Source of the DNA: a virus
Taxonomy: Duplodnaviria > Caudoviricetes
DNA: 64,000 nucleotides
Reading direction: 5' to 3' (one strand)
Virus record (IMG/VR): IMGVR_UViG_3300045391_004375
Coordinates: 1-64,000 of that record
The notes below the pieces were generated by a model. It did no database searches and had not been told where the DNA came from. It saw only the letters and a program-made list of their open reading frames with translations. Position 1 is the first letter of the stretch. Each line of letters begins with the position of its first letter. This document shows, piece after piece, positions 9,195-18,762 of this stretch. The position numbers were made by a program, and so were the translations under genes.

Positions 9195-9544
9195 TGGTCC
9201 TCCAGCCCGTCCAGCATGGTCGCCTTCTCCTCCAGCAGGTGGAACAGGCCGGCCAGCGCCCCGCCGTCGTGGCCCCGAATGTGTTCGGCAGCCGTCAGTG
9301 CGGTCAGGGCAACGTCGTACAGCTCCCACTCGACGTCATCCATGGAGTGGGTCATCCCCTTGCGGGGGTTCTGTCCGGTGGCGCCGATCAGCGCGGCCAC
9401 CGCCTCGCCGCACTCTTCCGCCACCTTGGCGACCCGGCCCCAGGTGCGGGCCTCCGGGTCGCGGCCGGCGTTGGATGCGGACTCGTCGATCCAGCGGCTG
9501 AGCCGTACGAGCGTTTCGGCCGCTCGCTCCTCGTCACTTACCAT
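9188..9544 (-). CDS. mazG: MazG-like nucleotide pyrophosphohydrolase
   Basis: KVAEECGEAVAALIGATGQNPRKG..ELYDV. Confidence 0.8.
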   Translation of the reverse strand: MVSDEERAAETLVRLSRWIDESASNAGRDPEARTWGRVAKVAEECGEAVAALIGATGQNPRKGMTHSMDDVEWELYDVALTALTAAEHIRGHDGGALAGLFHLLEEKATMLDGLEDQW

Positions 9545-10233
9545 GGCTGTCTCCCGGTGATGTCGATGAAGGTCTGCCGGTCCTTGCCGGCCTGGACGGC
9601 CAGTTCACCCGTGGTGGACTGGTCGGCGTGACTGTTCGGGACCGAAAGACCCCCGACGTGCACGAGGCCGCCGGCCTGGCGGGCGCGCAACGAGATCTCG
9701 TCGTCGCCGTACCACCAGCGCAGCCGCTCATCCAGGCGGGCGCCCGGCCACTCGCCGCGCAGGATGAACGCCCAGCCGGCCAGCCGGGTCGCCACCGACA
9801 TGGGGGCGTCGGCCCCGTAGGCGATGATGTAGTCGGGCGGGAGCACCCCGAACGGGTCACCGCTGGCCGCGTCGGCCCCGAAGTCGCGCATCGCCCCGGC
9901 TACCGCGTTGAACCACGTGGGTGGCACGGTGGCGTCGTCGTTGACCACCGCGACGTCCCAGCGGCCCGTCTCGTCGAGCAGGTCGAACCGGGCCAGGGTG
10001 TCCCGAACGGCGTCGATACCGACGTTCCACAGCCGGGACAGGTTCGGCGGCTGCTCCGGGTCGCTGACCACCCAGGTCAGCGTGCCGTTCGGCGGCAGAT
10101 CCACCGGCGGGTCGCTGGCGTTGTCCACCACCACGATCGCGTCGACCTGGGGCGCCAGCGCGGCCACGCACCGGGCCAGCTCGGCCGGCCGGTTGTGGGT
10201 GGCCACCACGGCGCCCCGGGGGATGCGTGTCAT
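9538..10233 (-). CDS. glycosyltransferase family 2
   Basis: VVATHNRP..VVVDNAS..AVVNDD..WWYGDD. Confidence 0.85.
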   Translation of the reverse strand: MTRIPRGAVVATHNRPAELARCVAALAPQVDAIVVVDNASDPPVDLPPNGTLTWVVSDPEQPPNLSRLWNVGIDAVRDTLARFDLLDETGRWDVAVVNDDATVPPTWFNAVAGAMRDFGADAASGDPFGVLPPDYIIAYGADAPMSVATRLAGWAFILRGEWPGARLDERLRWWYGDDEISLRARQAGGLVHVGGLSVPNSHADQSTTGELAVQAGKDRQTFIDITGRQPW

Positions 10234-10307
10234 CCCTTCACCACGAACTTCAGGCCCAGCAGGAAGGCGCCCAAGGCCAGCAGCCAGAGCCACGCTCGAA
10301 GTGGCAT
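10230..10307 (-). CDS. very small membrane peptide
   Basis: MPLRAWLWLLALGAFLLGLKFVVKG; overlaps next start. Confidence 0.4.
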   Translation of the reverse strand: MPLRAWLWLLALGAFLLGLKFVVKG

Positions 10308-10309
10308 GA

Positions 10310-10420
10310 TCACAACCTCCACAGGAAAAACAGCGCGAAAGCGAACAAACAGATTAGAAACAGCCAGATTGGCCAGGGGGTTTCAGGCTCGGCCGGCGCC
10401 CGGTGCCGCCAGCGTTTCAC
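10310..10420 (-). CDS. small membrane protein
   Basis: WPIWLFLICLFAFALFFLWRL. Confidence 0.45.
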   Translation of the reverse strand: MKRWRHRAPAEPETPWPIWLFLICLFAFALFFLWRL

Positions 10421-11136
10421 TGCTGCGACCACACGATGTGCACGGTGGTCGGCACCGGGAAGTGGATGATGTCGGGGCCCAGCTGGTCCCGGATCCGGAC
10501 GTCCGCGTGCGGGTAGGTCCGGTACTTTTCCAGGTCGAACGTGGCGGTCGCCACCCACCGGGTGGTCTGCGGGTGCTCGATCACCCGGGCCGGGTGCCGG
10601 CGCACCCACCAGCGGGCCCACCACCGGTGGCCGTAGGTGAGCTTCCAGAAGTCCCACCAGGTGGCCGGCCCGAAGTGTTCGGTCGTGTGGGTGATCCGTT
10701 CGGTGGCGGTCACGTGCTCGCGGCCGATGTCCTCGCGGAGCACCTGCGCCTGCAGCCGGAGCACCAGTTCTTCGTACATGCGATCGACTTCGTGGCGGAC
10801 CACGTCGGCCTTGACCGACGCCATCAGCAGCGAGTCCAGCCGGATGCGCATCTGGCCCCGCAGCCGTTCGGTCCGCAGGCTGACGGTCCGCAACTCGTCC
10901 AGCCGGAGCGGACCCGTTTCCGCTGGCGGTGGCGGCCCGGCCGAGGGGTGCGCCGCGTAGTTGAACGGCTGGTGACGCTCCTCGCGCTCCTTCCGGTCGG
11001 CTTCCCAATGCTGTCGGGAGCCGACCGGCCAGACGCCCTTCTGCTGGCGGTACAGCTCGGCCAGCCGGCCGTCCGGATCGTTGCGGGGTGAGAAGTCATC
11101 CGGCCGGTAGTGCTGCCAGGGATCGGGCAAAGACAT
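10417..11136 (-). CDS. hypothetical protein
   Basis: AAGGAG RBS, coding bias. Confidence 0.6.
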   Translation of the reverse strand: MSLPDPWQHYRPDDFSPRNDPDGRLAELYRQQKGVWPVGSRQHWEADRKEREERHQPFNYAAHPSAGPPPPAETGPLRLDELRTVSLRTERLRGQMRIRLDSLLMASVKADVVRHEVDRMYEELVLRLQAQVLREDIGREHVTATERITHTTEHFGPATWWDFWKLTYGHRWWARWWVRRHPARVIEHPQTTRWVATATFDLEKYRTYPHADVRIRDQLGPDIIHFPVPTTVHIVWSQQ

Positions 11137-11161
11137 GGTGGTGGCTCCTTGTGGTGGTGGA

Positions 11162-12178
11162 TCACAGGATCGAAGCGTAGGCGTCTTCCCACAGGTGGGC
11201 GTTGGCCTGGATGGTCCACCGGCCGGCAACGAGCCGGGCGTCCACACCCATCACCCGGCGGGCCTCCGCGTCGGCGATCAGCGTGGTCAGCGCGTCCATC
11301 CAGTCGTCCCGGGTGCGGCACAGGTACCCGGTGACCCCGGAGCGCACCCAGGGCCGGTACGCCGGGCAGTCGGTGGCCACCACCGGCACGCCCAGGGCGG
11401 CGTACTCGATGGCCCGCAGCCCCGACTTGGACCGGTTGAACGTGGTGTCGACCAGCGGGGCCAGGCCGATGTGGAACTTCGACACCCGCTTGTGGTGCAA
11501 TCCCAGGTCTTTCGTCCACATTTCGAAGTCGACCTGCTGCGGGGGCAGCCCATCCGGGTAGTTGGTGCCCAGGAAGCGCATCCGAACGTGCGGGTTGGCG
11601 TGCATGATCTCGGCGACCACCGGCTGCACGATCTTCCAGTCCTCGTGGTGGGTGGGGGAGCCCTGCCAGCCCAGCGTGATCAGCGGATAGTCCGGGTTGC
11701 GCCGGAACAGCGGCACCGGAATGGCCAGCACCGACTCGTCCACACAGTTGGGCAGGATCCGCACGTTCGGGTTGTACTTGCTGACCACCGAGGCCAGCAC
11801 GTCCGTGGAGACGGTGACCAGGTCGGCGGCCCGGATGTTGTCCCGCAGGTTGTCGGCCACGCCCGGCCGCTTGAACACCTCGGCGAACCGGTTGTGTCGG
11901 GGGTCGATCGCCCACAGGTCGTCATCCAGCTCGAACACCAGGTGGTGCTCGCGGGAGCGCAGCTTCGGGTCGGCCAGGGTCTGCCACAGCACCGACGGGG
12001 GGTTCAGCGCGACCCGCTGGCCGACGATGATGTCGGCTTCTTCCCGGGCCCACGCGTTCATCTGCTGGGACACCTGCACTTCGTGGCCCCGCTGTTCGGC
12101 CAGCTCCCGCAGCGGCATCTGGATGCGGTATTCGAAGCAGCCGTCGCCGACGGACCCGGGCCAGGCGAAGATCTTCAC
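11162..12178 (-). CDS. GT-B (family 4-like) glycosyltransferase
   Basis: FELDDDL, ADLVTVST, ILPNCVD, LGWQGS, IGLAPL..KSGLRAIEYAALGVPVVAT. Confidence 0.85.
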   Translation of the reverse strand: MKIFAWPGSVGDGCFEYRIQMPLRELAEQRGHEVQVSQQMNAWAREEADIIVGQRVALNPPSVLWQTLADPKLRSREHHLVFELDDDLWAIDPRHNRFAEVFKRPGVADNLRDNIRAADLVTVSTDVLASVVSKYNPNVRILPNCVDESVLAIPVPLFRRNPDYPLITLGWQGSPTHHEDWKIVQPVVAEIMHANPHVRMRFLGTNYPDGLPPQQVDFEMWTKDLGLHHKRVSKFHIGLAPLVDTTFNRSKSGLRAIEYAALGVPVVATDCPAYRPWVRSGVTGYLCRTRDDWMDALTTLIADAEARRVMGVDARLVAGRWTIQANAHLWEDAYASIL

Positions 12179-12281
12179 GTGCGCGCCTTTCGCGGTTGGG
12201 CGGTCAGCCGGCGAGGGTACAGGGCGGCCGTGGCCCTCGGGGGAAGATGCCACGGCCGCCGGTCCAAGGATGTCTTGCGGG

Positions 12282-12836
12282 TTACCAGGGGGGTGCTTCG
12301 TCGGCGGACTGGGTGGCCCGCTGGTCGTTGGCGGTCCGGCCCTTGTCGCCGGCCTGCTGGTGCTGGCGCTGCCGGTTGGCCTGCTGGCCGTTCTGCCGGC
12401 CATCCTGGGGGGCCGGGCGCTGCTTGCTGGCCGACGCCCACTCGTCGTCACCCCGGTTGCCCTGCTTGGCGGTGTGGGCGCCCTTCTCGACCTGCACGGT
12501 GTTCCAGGTCAGCTCGACACCCAGCGCGTACGCCTCCATGTCGAGGCTGTACCGCTTGTTGCCTTCCTTGTCCTCCCAGGGCCGGTTGCGCATCGTGCCG
12601 TGCACGATCACGCGGGTACCCCGCTTCAGGCTCTCGACGGCGTTCTCCGCCAGGCTCCGCCAGCAGGTGACGTTCACCCAGGTGGGTTCTTCGTCAACGT
12701 ATTCCCCGGCGTCGTTGCGCTTGCGCGCGGTGTTGGCCACCGGGAACTTGCAGACGGCCGTGCCGCTGGGGGTGAAACGCATCTCCGGGTCGTCGCCGAG
12801 ATTGCCGACGATCGTGGCGTGGATTTCTCCGGTCAT
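12282..12836 (-). CDS. ssb: single-stranded DNA-binding protein
   Basis: IVGNLGDDPEMRFTPSGTAVC..AENAVESLKRGTRVIVHG; C-terminal DEAPPW. Confidence 0.95.
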   Translation of the reverse strand: MTGEIHATIVGNLGDDPEMRFTPSGTAVCKFPVANTARKRNDAGEYVDEEPTWVNVTCWRSLAENAVESLKRGTRVIVHGTMRNRPWEDKEGNKRYSLDMEAYALGVELTWNTVQVEKGAHTAKQGNRGDDEWASASKQRPAPQDGRQNGQQANRQRQHQQAGDKGRTANDQRATQSADEAPPW

Positions 12837-12880
12837 GGTGACCTTTCGTGAGCGTGTGGTGGATGAACCCTAACCGGGTC

Positions 12881-13096
12881 TCAGCTGGGCTCGAATTCTA
12901 CGAACACGAGCTTCTTGCCGTAGTCGGCCGCGTACACCCGGCCCGGCCGCCGCCACGCCGCAGTGGTCAGCATGACCCGGTCGTCCGGCAGCGGGAACGC
13001 CTTGCCGTACTGGCTGAACGTGACGATCCGGCTGTCCGGCCGAAACGCGTCAGTCGGGGCGTCGGTGACGTCGACCACAGGCAACATGTCACCCAT
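12881..13096 (-). CDS. hypothetical protein
   Basis: coding bias; operator-like site 13106-13122 upstream. Confidence 0.5.
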   Translation of the reverse strand: MGDMLPVVDVTDAPTDAFRPDSRIVTFSQYGKAFPLPDDRVMLTTAAWRRPGRVYAADYGKKLVFVEFEPS

Positions 13097-13140
13097 CTCA
13101 TCAGGTGACAGTGCGCTTGTCAACGCCTGTCCGGTCGTAC

Positions 13141-13563
13141 CTACCATGGCGCTTCGTGCTCCAAGCCGTCGCCCACCCCGGCGTCCGGGTCCAGCTCGTC
13201 CCCCGGCTTGTCCGGAGTCGACCGGTCCGGGGCGTCCGGGGCGTCATCGAAGAGGGTCGGCTGGTCGCCGCCGGTGCGCCGCCGGTACGCCCGATCGAGC
13301 AGTTCGGCCGCCTCCCGGGCGTCCGCGCCGAGCAGGCCTTCCACGTGGGTGATCAGCAGCTGGGGTTCGTGGATGCCGGAGCCGTACTTGAGCTTCCCTT
13401 CGACCGGCGCCACCCGGGCCACGATGAAGAACGCGTCATTCGGGTGCTTGAGCACCTCGTGGTGCAGGGTGCCCAGGCCGTTCATGCCGTCTTTGACCGG
13501 CGGCTGCTTGCCCTGCAGCTTGACCGGCCCGTCGGCCGCCAACGGCCGCTTCGGTGGAGTCAT
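13141..13563 (-). CDS. hypothetical protein
   Basis: operonic, coding bias. Confidence 0.65.
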   Translation of the reverse strand: MTPPKRPLAADGPVKLQGKQPPVKDGMNGLGTLHHEVLKHPNDAFFIVARVAPVEGKLKYGSGIHEPQLLITHVEGLLGADAREAAELLDRAYRRRTGGDQPTLFDDAPDAPDRSTPDKPGDELDPDAGVGDGLEHEAPW

Positions 13564-13802
13564 CGGGGATCCTTCCCTCGGGTGTACGGGCCGGCCCGGG
13601 TGGGTTCGGGCCGGTGATGGTTGGCCCAGTCGTCATCGGTTACGCCGACGATCGAGGTGGGCAGCTGCAGGGACTCCAGGGGTGGGCCGACTCGCACCGC
13701 CGTGTCGTAGCGCAGGGTGATCCGGCCGCCGTCGAGCCGCCAGGCCACGACGTGGTTCCAGGCCAGCTCGACACCGTGGAGGGAGTGGGCGAACACGCGC
13801 AT
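13560..13802 (-). CDS. hypothetical protein
   Basis: AAGGAG RBS. Confidence 0.55.
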   Translation of the reverse strand: MRVFAHSLHGVELAWNHVVAWRLDGGRITLRYDTAVRVGPPLESLQLPTSIVGVTDDDWANHHRPEPTRAGPYTRGKDPR

Positions 13803-13813
13803 GATCAGCTCCT

Positions 13814-14593
13814 TCAGTCCGGCAGGTGGGTGGGGTCGACACAGACCGGCCAGCATGGGTCGACCACGGCGTCCGGCTGTGGGGGCTGCTTCTTGTGCCG
13901 GAGATAGTTCTGCAGGCCGGCGGCCTGCTCGCGGCGCCAGACCCGCTGCCGATCGTGCAAGGCCTGCAGGGGCGCGTCGCCGATCTCCTCATACCGGCAG
14001 GCGATCCGGTACGCCACCCGGGCGGCGGCCAGGGCGTCGTACTGGGCGTCATGGGCCCCGTCGATGCGCACCCCGTACGCCTCACACGTCGGTTCCAGCT
14101 TGCGGGAGCCGCGCCGGTACGGGTCGACCGCCTTGTCCAGTACGTGCGCGTCGATGATCGGGCCGATGCCGTCGGCTTTGCAGCCGAGCCGCTCCCCGAC
14201 CGTCGACACCCCCCACCGCACGCACTCGTAGTGCAGCATGGTCAGGTCGTACGCCACGTTGAAGCCGACCACCGGGAACCCGGCCATCAGCGACCGGGCG
14301 ATGGCGTAGGCGATCGACTCGATGCCGTCACGCGGGTCGCAGCCGTGCGCCCGCACCTGCTCGTCGGTGATGCCGTGCACCTCGGTGGCCCCGGCCGGGA
14401 TCGGCACCCCCGGGTTGATGAGCACTTTGGCGCTCACCTCGATGCCGGCGCCCTGCTCGCGTGGCCACAGGGTGCCCACGTAGCCGGTCACGATCCGGTC
14501 GGTGCGGGCGTTCACCCCGGTGGATTCCAGGTCGTACGCGGTCATCGGCTGCAGGTACCACGGCGTCCCACTACTGGTGAAAGGCCTGGTCAT
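13814..14593 (-). CDS. DnaQ-like (DEDDh) 3'-5' exonuclease
   Basis: YDLESTG, HGI, FNVAYDL, AHDAQYDA. Confidence 0.9.
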   Translation of the reverse strand: MTRPFTSSGTPWYLQPMTAYDLESTGVNARTDRIVTGYVGTLWPREQGAGIEVSAKVLINPGVPIPAGATEVHGITDEQVRAHGCDPRDGIESIAYAIARSLMAGFPVVGFNVAYDLTMLHYECVRWGVSTVGERLGCKADGIGPIIDAHVLDKAVDPYRRGSRKLEPTCEAYGVRIDGAHDAQYDALAAARVAYRIACRYEEIGDAPLQALHDRQRVWRREQAAGLQNYLRHKKQPPQPDAVVDPCWPVCVDPTHLPD

Positions 14594-14922
14594 CCGTGCT
14601 CCCGGGACTTCAGCCGCACCCCGGTACCGCCCCGGCAGGTCAGCTTGTGGTCGCGGTACAGGCTCGTCGAGCCGAACCCTGCCCCCGGGGACACCAGCCG
14701 GGTCACCGGCATCCGGGCCGCAAGGCCGACCCGGACGTGCAGCACCCGACGGTACCGGCCGTTGTCGGCCCAGGACACCTGCTCCGGGTCGAGTGTGACA
14801 GGCTTGGGCGCGCCGGTCCGGCCGATCACCTGGGCCTCGATGACCGGCCGGCGGCACTTCGGATTCGGGCAGCGGGCCGGCTCGTCGGCGGCCACCGCCG
14901 TCACCGGCGTCGTCGCGTTCAT
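14590..14922 (-). CDS. hypothetical protein, possible Zn-binding
   Basis: CPNPKC..HKLTC. Confidence 0.55.
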   Translation of the reverse strand: MNATTPVTAVAADEPARCPNPKCRRPVIEAQVIGRTGAPKPVTLDPEQVSWADNGRYRRVLHVRVGLAARMPVTRLVSPGAGFGSTSLYRDHKLTCRGGTGVRLKSREHG

Positions 14923-15044
14923 CACGGCCTCCTGCCGATGCCCCGGTAGACCAGGATGAACAGGATGATCGAGGCAGCCAGGGCGATGCCGCCGGCCAAC
15001 CACTGGTGGCGGTTGATCCACTCGCCGATCGGGTAGTCGAGCAT
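14922..15044 (-). CDS. small membrane protein
   Basis: 40 aa, WLAGGIALAASIILFILVY. Confidence 0.55.
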   Translation of the reverse strand: MLDYPIGEWINRHQWLAGGIALAASIILFILVYRGIGRRP

Positions 15045-16763
15045 CTAGATCAACTTCGCCTTCATCGCCTCGTACACCCGCTTGAGCTGCCAGCCGTCCG
15101 CCTCCGAGATCTTGTCGATCTTGCAGTACGACTTGATCAGGTCGTTGGTCTGCACCGTGGTCAGCCCGCGCTGGCCGGCCAAGTTGAAGATCATCGTGTA
15201 GTGCTCGTTCTGGTCCGGTTCCGGCCCGGTCTCGGTCCGGCCCTCGTCGGTGGTGCCCACGTCCACGAAGTCGTCCAGGCTGGGCCCATCGGAGATCTTG
15301 GTGAACGTCAGGCCACCCACCACGACCTCGTTACCTACCTGGTAATCCTCGCTGCGGGCAAGCGCCACGGGAATGAACTGCCCGTCCACCTCGTGCCCGA
15401 GGTGGACCATTCCGCCCTCGTGCTCGACGGCCGCCCGGACCACCACCTGGTCGGTGCCGACCAGGTCCGGTGCCAGGAGGCCATGCTCGACGGCCGTTCG
15501 AGCTGCCGCCTGGTCGGCATCAGCCAGCCAGTGCACCACCCCGCCGGCCTCGGCGATGGCCTCGTCGGTGGCGCCCCGTTCGATCGCTTCCCGGTACAGC
15601 TCCGGATCCTCCTGGGCCTCCTGCTCAACGGCTGTCAGCCGCTGCTTCAGCCGCTCCTGGTGGTCCGGCGGCAGGTTGGCCAACGCCTCACGCAGGGTCT
15701 GGTCGTCGGCCTGCTCCAGCTCGGCGACCGCCCGCCACGCGTTGCGCTTGGACACCCAGGCGTCCTGCACCGTCTTGTCCCGGATGTTTCGGGCGGCCAG
15801 GGCGGATCGGATCTGTTCCAGCTTCGTCAGGTCGGCCGCCTCAATCGCGGCCAGAATCCGGGACCGCTCGGTGTCGTCGATCTCCATGTTCGGCTTCGGC
15901 TCGTCACGCCGGGCCGCCGCGCGGGCCAGGGCGGGCGCTTCATCCGGCTCGTTGTCCGGCTCCCGCTCGACCACCTCCCGCTCGGTGGCCGGGCCGGCCT
16001 CGATGGCCTGCTGCTCGACGGAGGCCGCGAGCGCGGGCCGCAACGCCGAGGCGAGCACCCCGCCGCCGGCCGCCAGCTGGGCCGGGGTGGCCGCCGTGAT
16101 CGACAGCCACGGCACGTAGAAGGTCGTGTTCACCGGCTTTTCCTTGACCGGATCCATGTAGCGGCGGGTCTCCTCCCGCAGCCGCAGCATCGCCGGCACG
16201 TCCATGGACACGTCGGCCACGTACGGCGCCAGGGCCGACAGCTCGGCGCAGGCGTACTCGCCGTGCGATTCGAGACGCCACACCCCGAACCCGGGCAGCT
16301 CCGGCAGCACCAGGTTGACCCGCACGGTGGGCTTGCACAGCTCCATCTGGCCGGGCGGGTTCGGGCCGTTACACACGCACGCCTCGTCCTGCTGGCGGTC
16401 CCATTCGCCGTCACAGCGACGCACACACATGTTCGGCTTCCAGGCCTCCATCCACGGCTCGATGCGCTGCCGGGGAATCTGCACCGGGATCTCGTTGACC
16501 TCGGTGATCACCTGCCACTCGGTGCGGCGGGACCGCTGCGGGGTCCACTGCTCCGGCTCGCCGCCGTACAGCTTGGCGGCCATCCGGATCAGCCGCTCGT
16601 CGTCGGAGGTCAACCGGAACCGGTCCAACTTGTCCGGGGCGCCCCGGTTGCCCTTGTTGGGGTTGAAGATGCCCAGCCGGATGCGGCCCAGCTCAACCAT
16701 GCGGGCCTGCATGTCCCGGATGGACTGGCCGTCCCGGCGGGCCGGAAGGTACTTGATCGACAT
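15045..16763 (-). CDS. Gp3-like recombination protein (recombination directionality factor-like / putative annealing protein)
   Basis: GRIRLG..PDKLDRFRLTS..LYGG..RRCDG..CKPTVRVNLVLPELPGFGVWRLESHG. Confidence 0.7.
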   Translation of the reverse strand: MSIKYLPARRDGQSIRDMQARMVELGRIRLGIFNPNKGNRGAPDKLDRFRLTSDDERLIRMAAKLYGGEPEQWTPQRSRRTEWQVITEVNEIPVQIPRQRIEPWMEAWKPNMCVRRCDGEWDRQQDEACVCNGPNPPGQMELCKPTVRVNLVLPELPGFGVWRLESHGEYACAELSALAPYVADVSMDVPAMLRLREETRRYMDPVKEKPVNTTFYVPWLSITAATPAQLAAGGGVLASALRPALAASVEQQAIEAGPATEREVVEREPDNEPDEAPALARAAARRDEPKPNMEIDDTERSRILAAIEAADLTKLEQIRSALAARNIRDKTVQDAWVSKRNAWRAVAELEQADDQTLREALANLPPDHQERLKQRLTAVEQEAQEDPELYREAIERGATDEAIAEAGGVVHWLADADQAAARTAVEHGLLAPDLVGTDQVVVRAAVEHEGGMVHLGHEVDGQFIPVALARSEDYQVGNEVVVGGLTFTKISDGPSLDDFVDVGTTDEGRTETGPEPDQNEHYTMIFNLAGQRGLTTVQTNDLIKSYCKIDKISEADGWQLKRVYEAMKAKLI

Positions 16764-16826
16764 CGCTGCCCTTCAGTGGTGGTATCGGGTGACAGTAGCG
16801 CACGGGTCGGCACGCCGGCCAACACG

Positions 16827-18104
16827 CTAGAACGGAATGTCCTCGTCACGCAGTTCACGGCGCACCCCGGCGCCTCGGGTGGTGGTGGCCAGGCTGTCGA
16901 GGGTGGCCGAGGCCATCCGGGGGGCACCCCCCGGGTGGGCGCCCGGCTCCGGGGCGGGCGGTGATGCCGGGGGCTGCTCGGCGGCCTTCTTCGCGGGGGC
17001 CTTCCGGGCACGGGTGGTCTTCTTGGCTGGCGGGGGCGGCTCGGCCGGCGCGGCGGCGTCGGCCCCGTCGGTCCAGGGTGCCGGTTTGGCGTCCGGGTCC
17101 CACACCCAGCCGGCCGGCACCGGAAAGCTACCCACCGCGATCGAGGCCGGGCCCCGCCGCTGCTTCCACCGGTAGGTCGTCAACAACCCCAGGAACGCGT
17201 GCAGCTCCGACAGCTCCGACAGCACCGGCTCGAACGTGTAGCCGTCCGGGCGGACCTGCAGCACCATCGCCCCGTGCGTGGCCAGCATCGGCCGCTCCTC
17301 ACCGGTGCCGAACTTCGGGGTGCACGTCTCGGCGTGCCGGTACGCGGTGAGCTGCAATGAGTGCTCGTCGTAGAGCTGCTTGCCCTCACCTTCGCGGGTC
17401 TTCAAGTCGACCAGCACGGTGGCCGGCCGGTACGGGTCGTGCGGGCACAGCCGGGCGCACAGCTTCGCCGCCTGCTTGTTCACCGGGTGGATCGTCGCCA
17501 CCAGGTCGAGCGTGCCGGCGTAGCGGTACGAGTGGTTCCACACGGTCATCTCGGCCGCCTGCACCGCCCGCGTGGTCAGCCCGAAGTCGTCCCACCACTG
17601 CCGCAGCGCGGCCACGTACGGCTCGATGACGTCCAAGGTGATGTAGTGCACCTCCCCGGCGCCGTCCTCCTGCCCGTTCTGCGCCGAGACGATCTTCTCC
17701 AGGGCGTCCTGATCCGGCCACCCGTCGCGCAGCACCCGGTATTCGAGGACGTCGTGCAGGACGGAACCCTCCCGGCGGCGGCGGCTGGACTCACCGACGT
17801 GGAACAGCTCAACCCACCGCTGCACACACGCCACACACTGGCCACATCGGTACGGTTCGGTCCGGGCCCACGCCCGGCCGCAGTCCTCGATGCGCTGGGC
17901 GACCAGCAGCTTGGGCAGGTTGTCGGCCGCCCGGCGGGCGGCCAGCTTCGCGGCCCACCACTTCAAGCCGTCCTTCTCGTAGATGCTCAAGGCGGAAGTC
18001 ACCGAGTCGTACTGGGCGGGCGCCCCGGCCGAGTCCAAGCGGGTGGGGTGCTCGTAGAACTTCCCGCCGTCCTCGTCGGTGCGCCGCTGGGCCGGTTCAG
18101 CCAC
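16827..18104 (-). CDS. PD-(D/E)XK (Cas4/RecB-like) exonuclease
   Basis: GSVLHD..E..YAGTLDL..LVDLKT..QLTAY. Confidence 0.8.
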   Translation of the reverse strand: MAEPAQRRTDEDGGKFYEHPTRLDSAGAPAQYDSVTSALSIYEKDGLKWWAAKLAARRAADNLPKLLVAQRIEDCGRAWARTEPYRCGQCVACVQRWVELFHVGESSRRRREGSVLHDVLEYRVLRDGWPDQDALEKIVSAQNGQEDGAGEVHYITLDVIEPYVAALRQWWDDFGLTTRAVQAAEMTVWNHSYRYAGTLDLVATIHPVNKQAAKLCARLCPHDPYRPATVLVDLKTREGEGKQLYDEHSLQLTAYRHAETCTPKFGTGEERPMLATHGAMVLQVRPDGYTFEPVLSELSELHAFLGLLTTYRWKQRRGPASIAVGSFPVPAGWVWDPDAKPAPWTDGADAAAPAEPPPPAKKTTRARKAPAKKAAEQPPASPPAPEPGAHPGGAPRMASATLDSLATTTRGAGVRRELRDEDIPF

Positions 18105-18107
18105 GAA

Positions 18108-18416
18108 CTACTCCTCTGTGGTGGTGGCCGGTGCGGACTCGGCGTCCATCGCCTCCGGGTAGCGGCTCTGGTGCCACTTGCGCACCGACTCGTGCGACAC
18201 GTACTGGTCGATCAGGACGGACAACCTGGGCGCGATGTCCCGGTACGACACCTTCGGCAGTGGCGCCTCCGGCGGACCGGGGTAGCGCACGGCGTTGATC
18301 CAGTCGGCCGCGTCCATGCCGAGCACGACGCTGGCGTACTTGTACTTCATGCCATCCTGGCCGGACAGGCCCGGCGGTGGCGAAGAGTCCTGGGGTTGGG
18401 TGGGGGGAGTGCTCAC
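18108..18416 (-). CDS. putative HTH DNA-binding protein, repressor candidate
   Basis: SYRDIAPRL..VSHESVRKW; divergent from 18544 across tandem operator sites. Confidence 0.5.
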   Translation of the reverse strand: MSTPPTQPQDSSPPPGLSGQDGMKYKYASVVLGMDAADWINAVRYPGPPEAPLPKVSYRDIAPRLSVLIDQYVSHESVRKWHQSRYPEAMDAESAPATTTEE

Positions 18417-18434
18417 GCTTCCAGCAGATCACGA

Positions 18435-18497
18435 AGACAACTCCGCTGTCAAGCAGCCGAATTGACAAGTCACTTGACAACTTCTGTGACATATGCT
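18435..18497. promoter_or_regulatory. divergent control region with tandem operator-like sites
   Basis: AGACAACTCCGCTGTCA 18435-18451, TGACAAGTCACTTGACA 18463-18479; TTGACA on both strands. Confidence 0.55.
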
Positions 18498-18543
18498 GAG
18501 ATGAAGGCTCGTACGCATCCGCCACGACGGCATGGGAGTTGTC

Positions 18544-18762
18544 ATGGATGAGGCCCGGATCCTCGGCCTGTTCGAAGACCTGTGCGACCTGGCCCAGCTC
18601 GCCGAGGAGCATAACCGGCAGCCCCAGTTCGCGCGAGTCCTCGACGCGTTCCGGCGCGGCCTGCTCAGCACCGGCGACCGCCGGCTGGAAGGCATCCGCC
18701 TGCTGGCCTACTGGGACCGGGCCGAGCGGCCCCTCCCCCGCGACCCGGAGCTGGTCAAGTGA
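18544..18762 (+). CDS. hypothetical protein
   Basis: GGGAG RBS. Confidence 0.6.
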   Translation: MDEARILGLFEDLCDLAQLAEEHNRQPQFARVLDAFRRGLLSTGDRRLEGIRLLAYWDRAERPLPRDPELVK

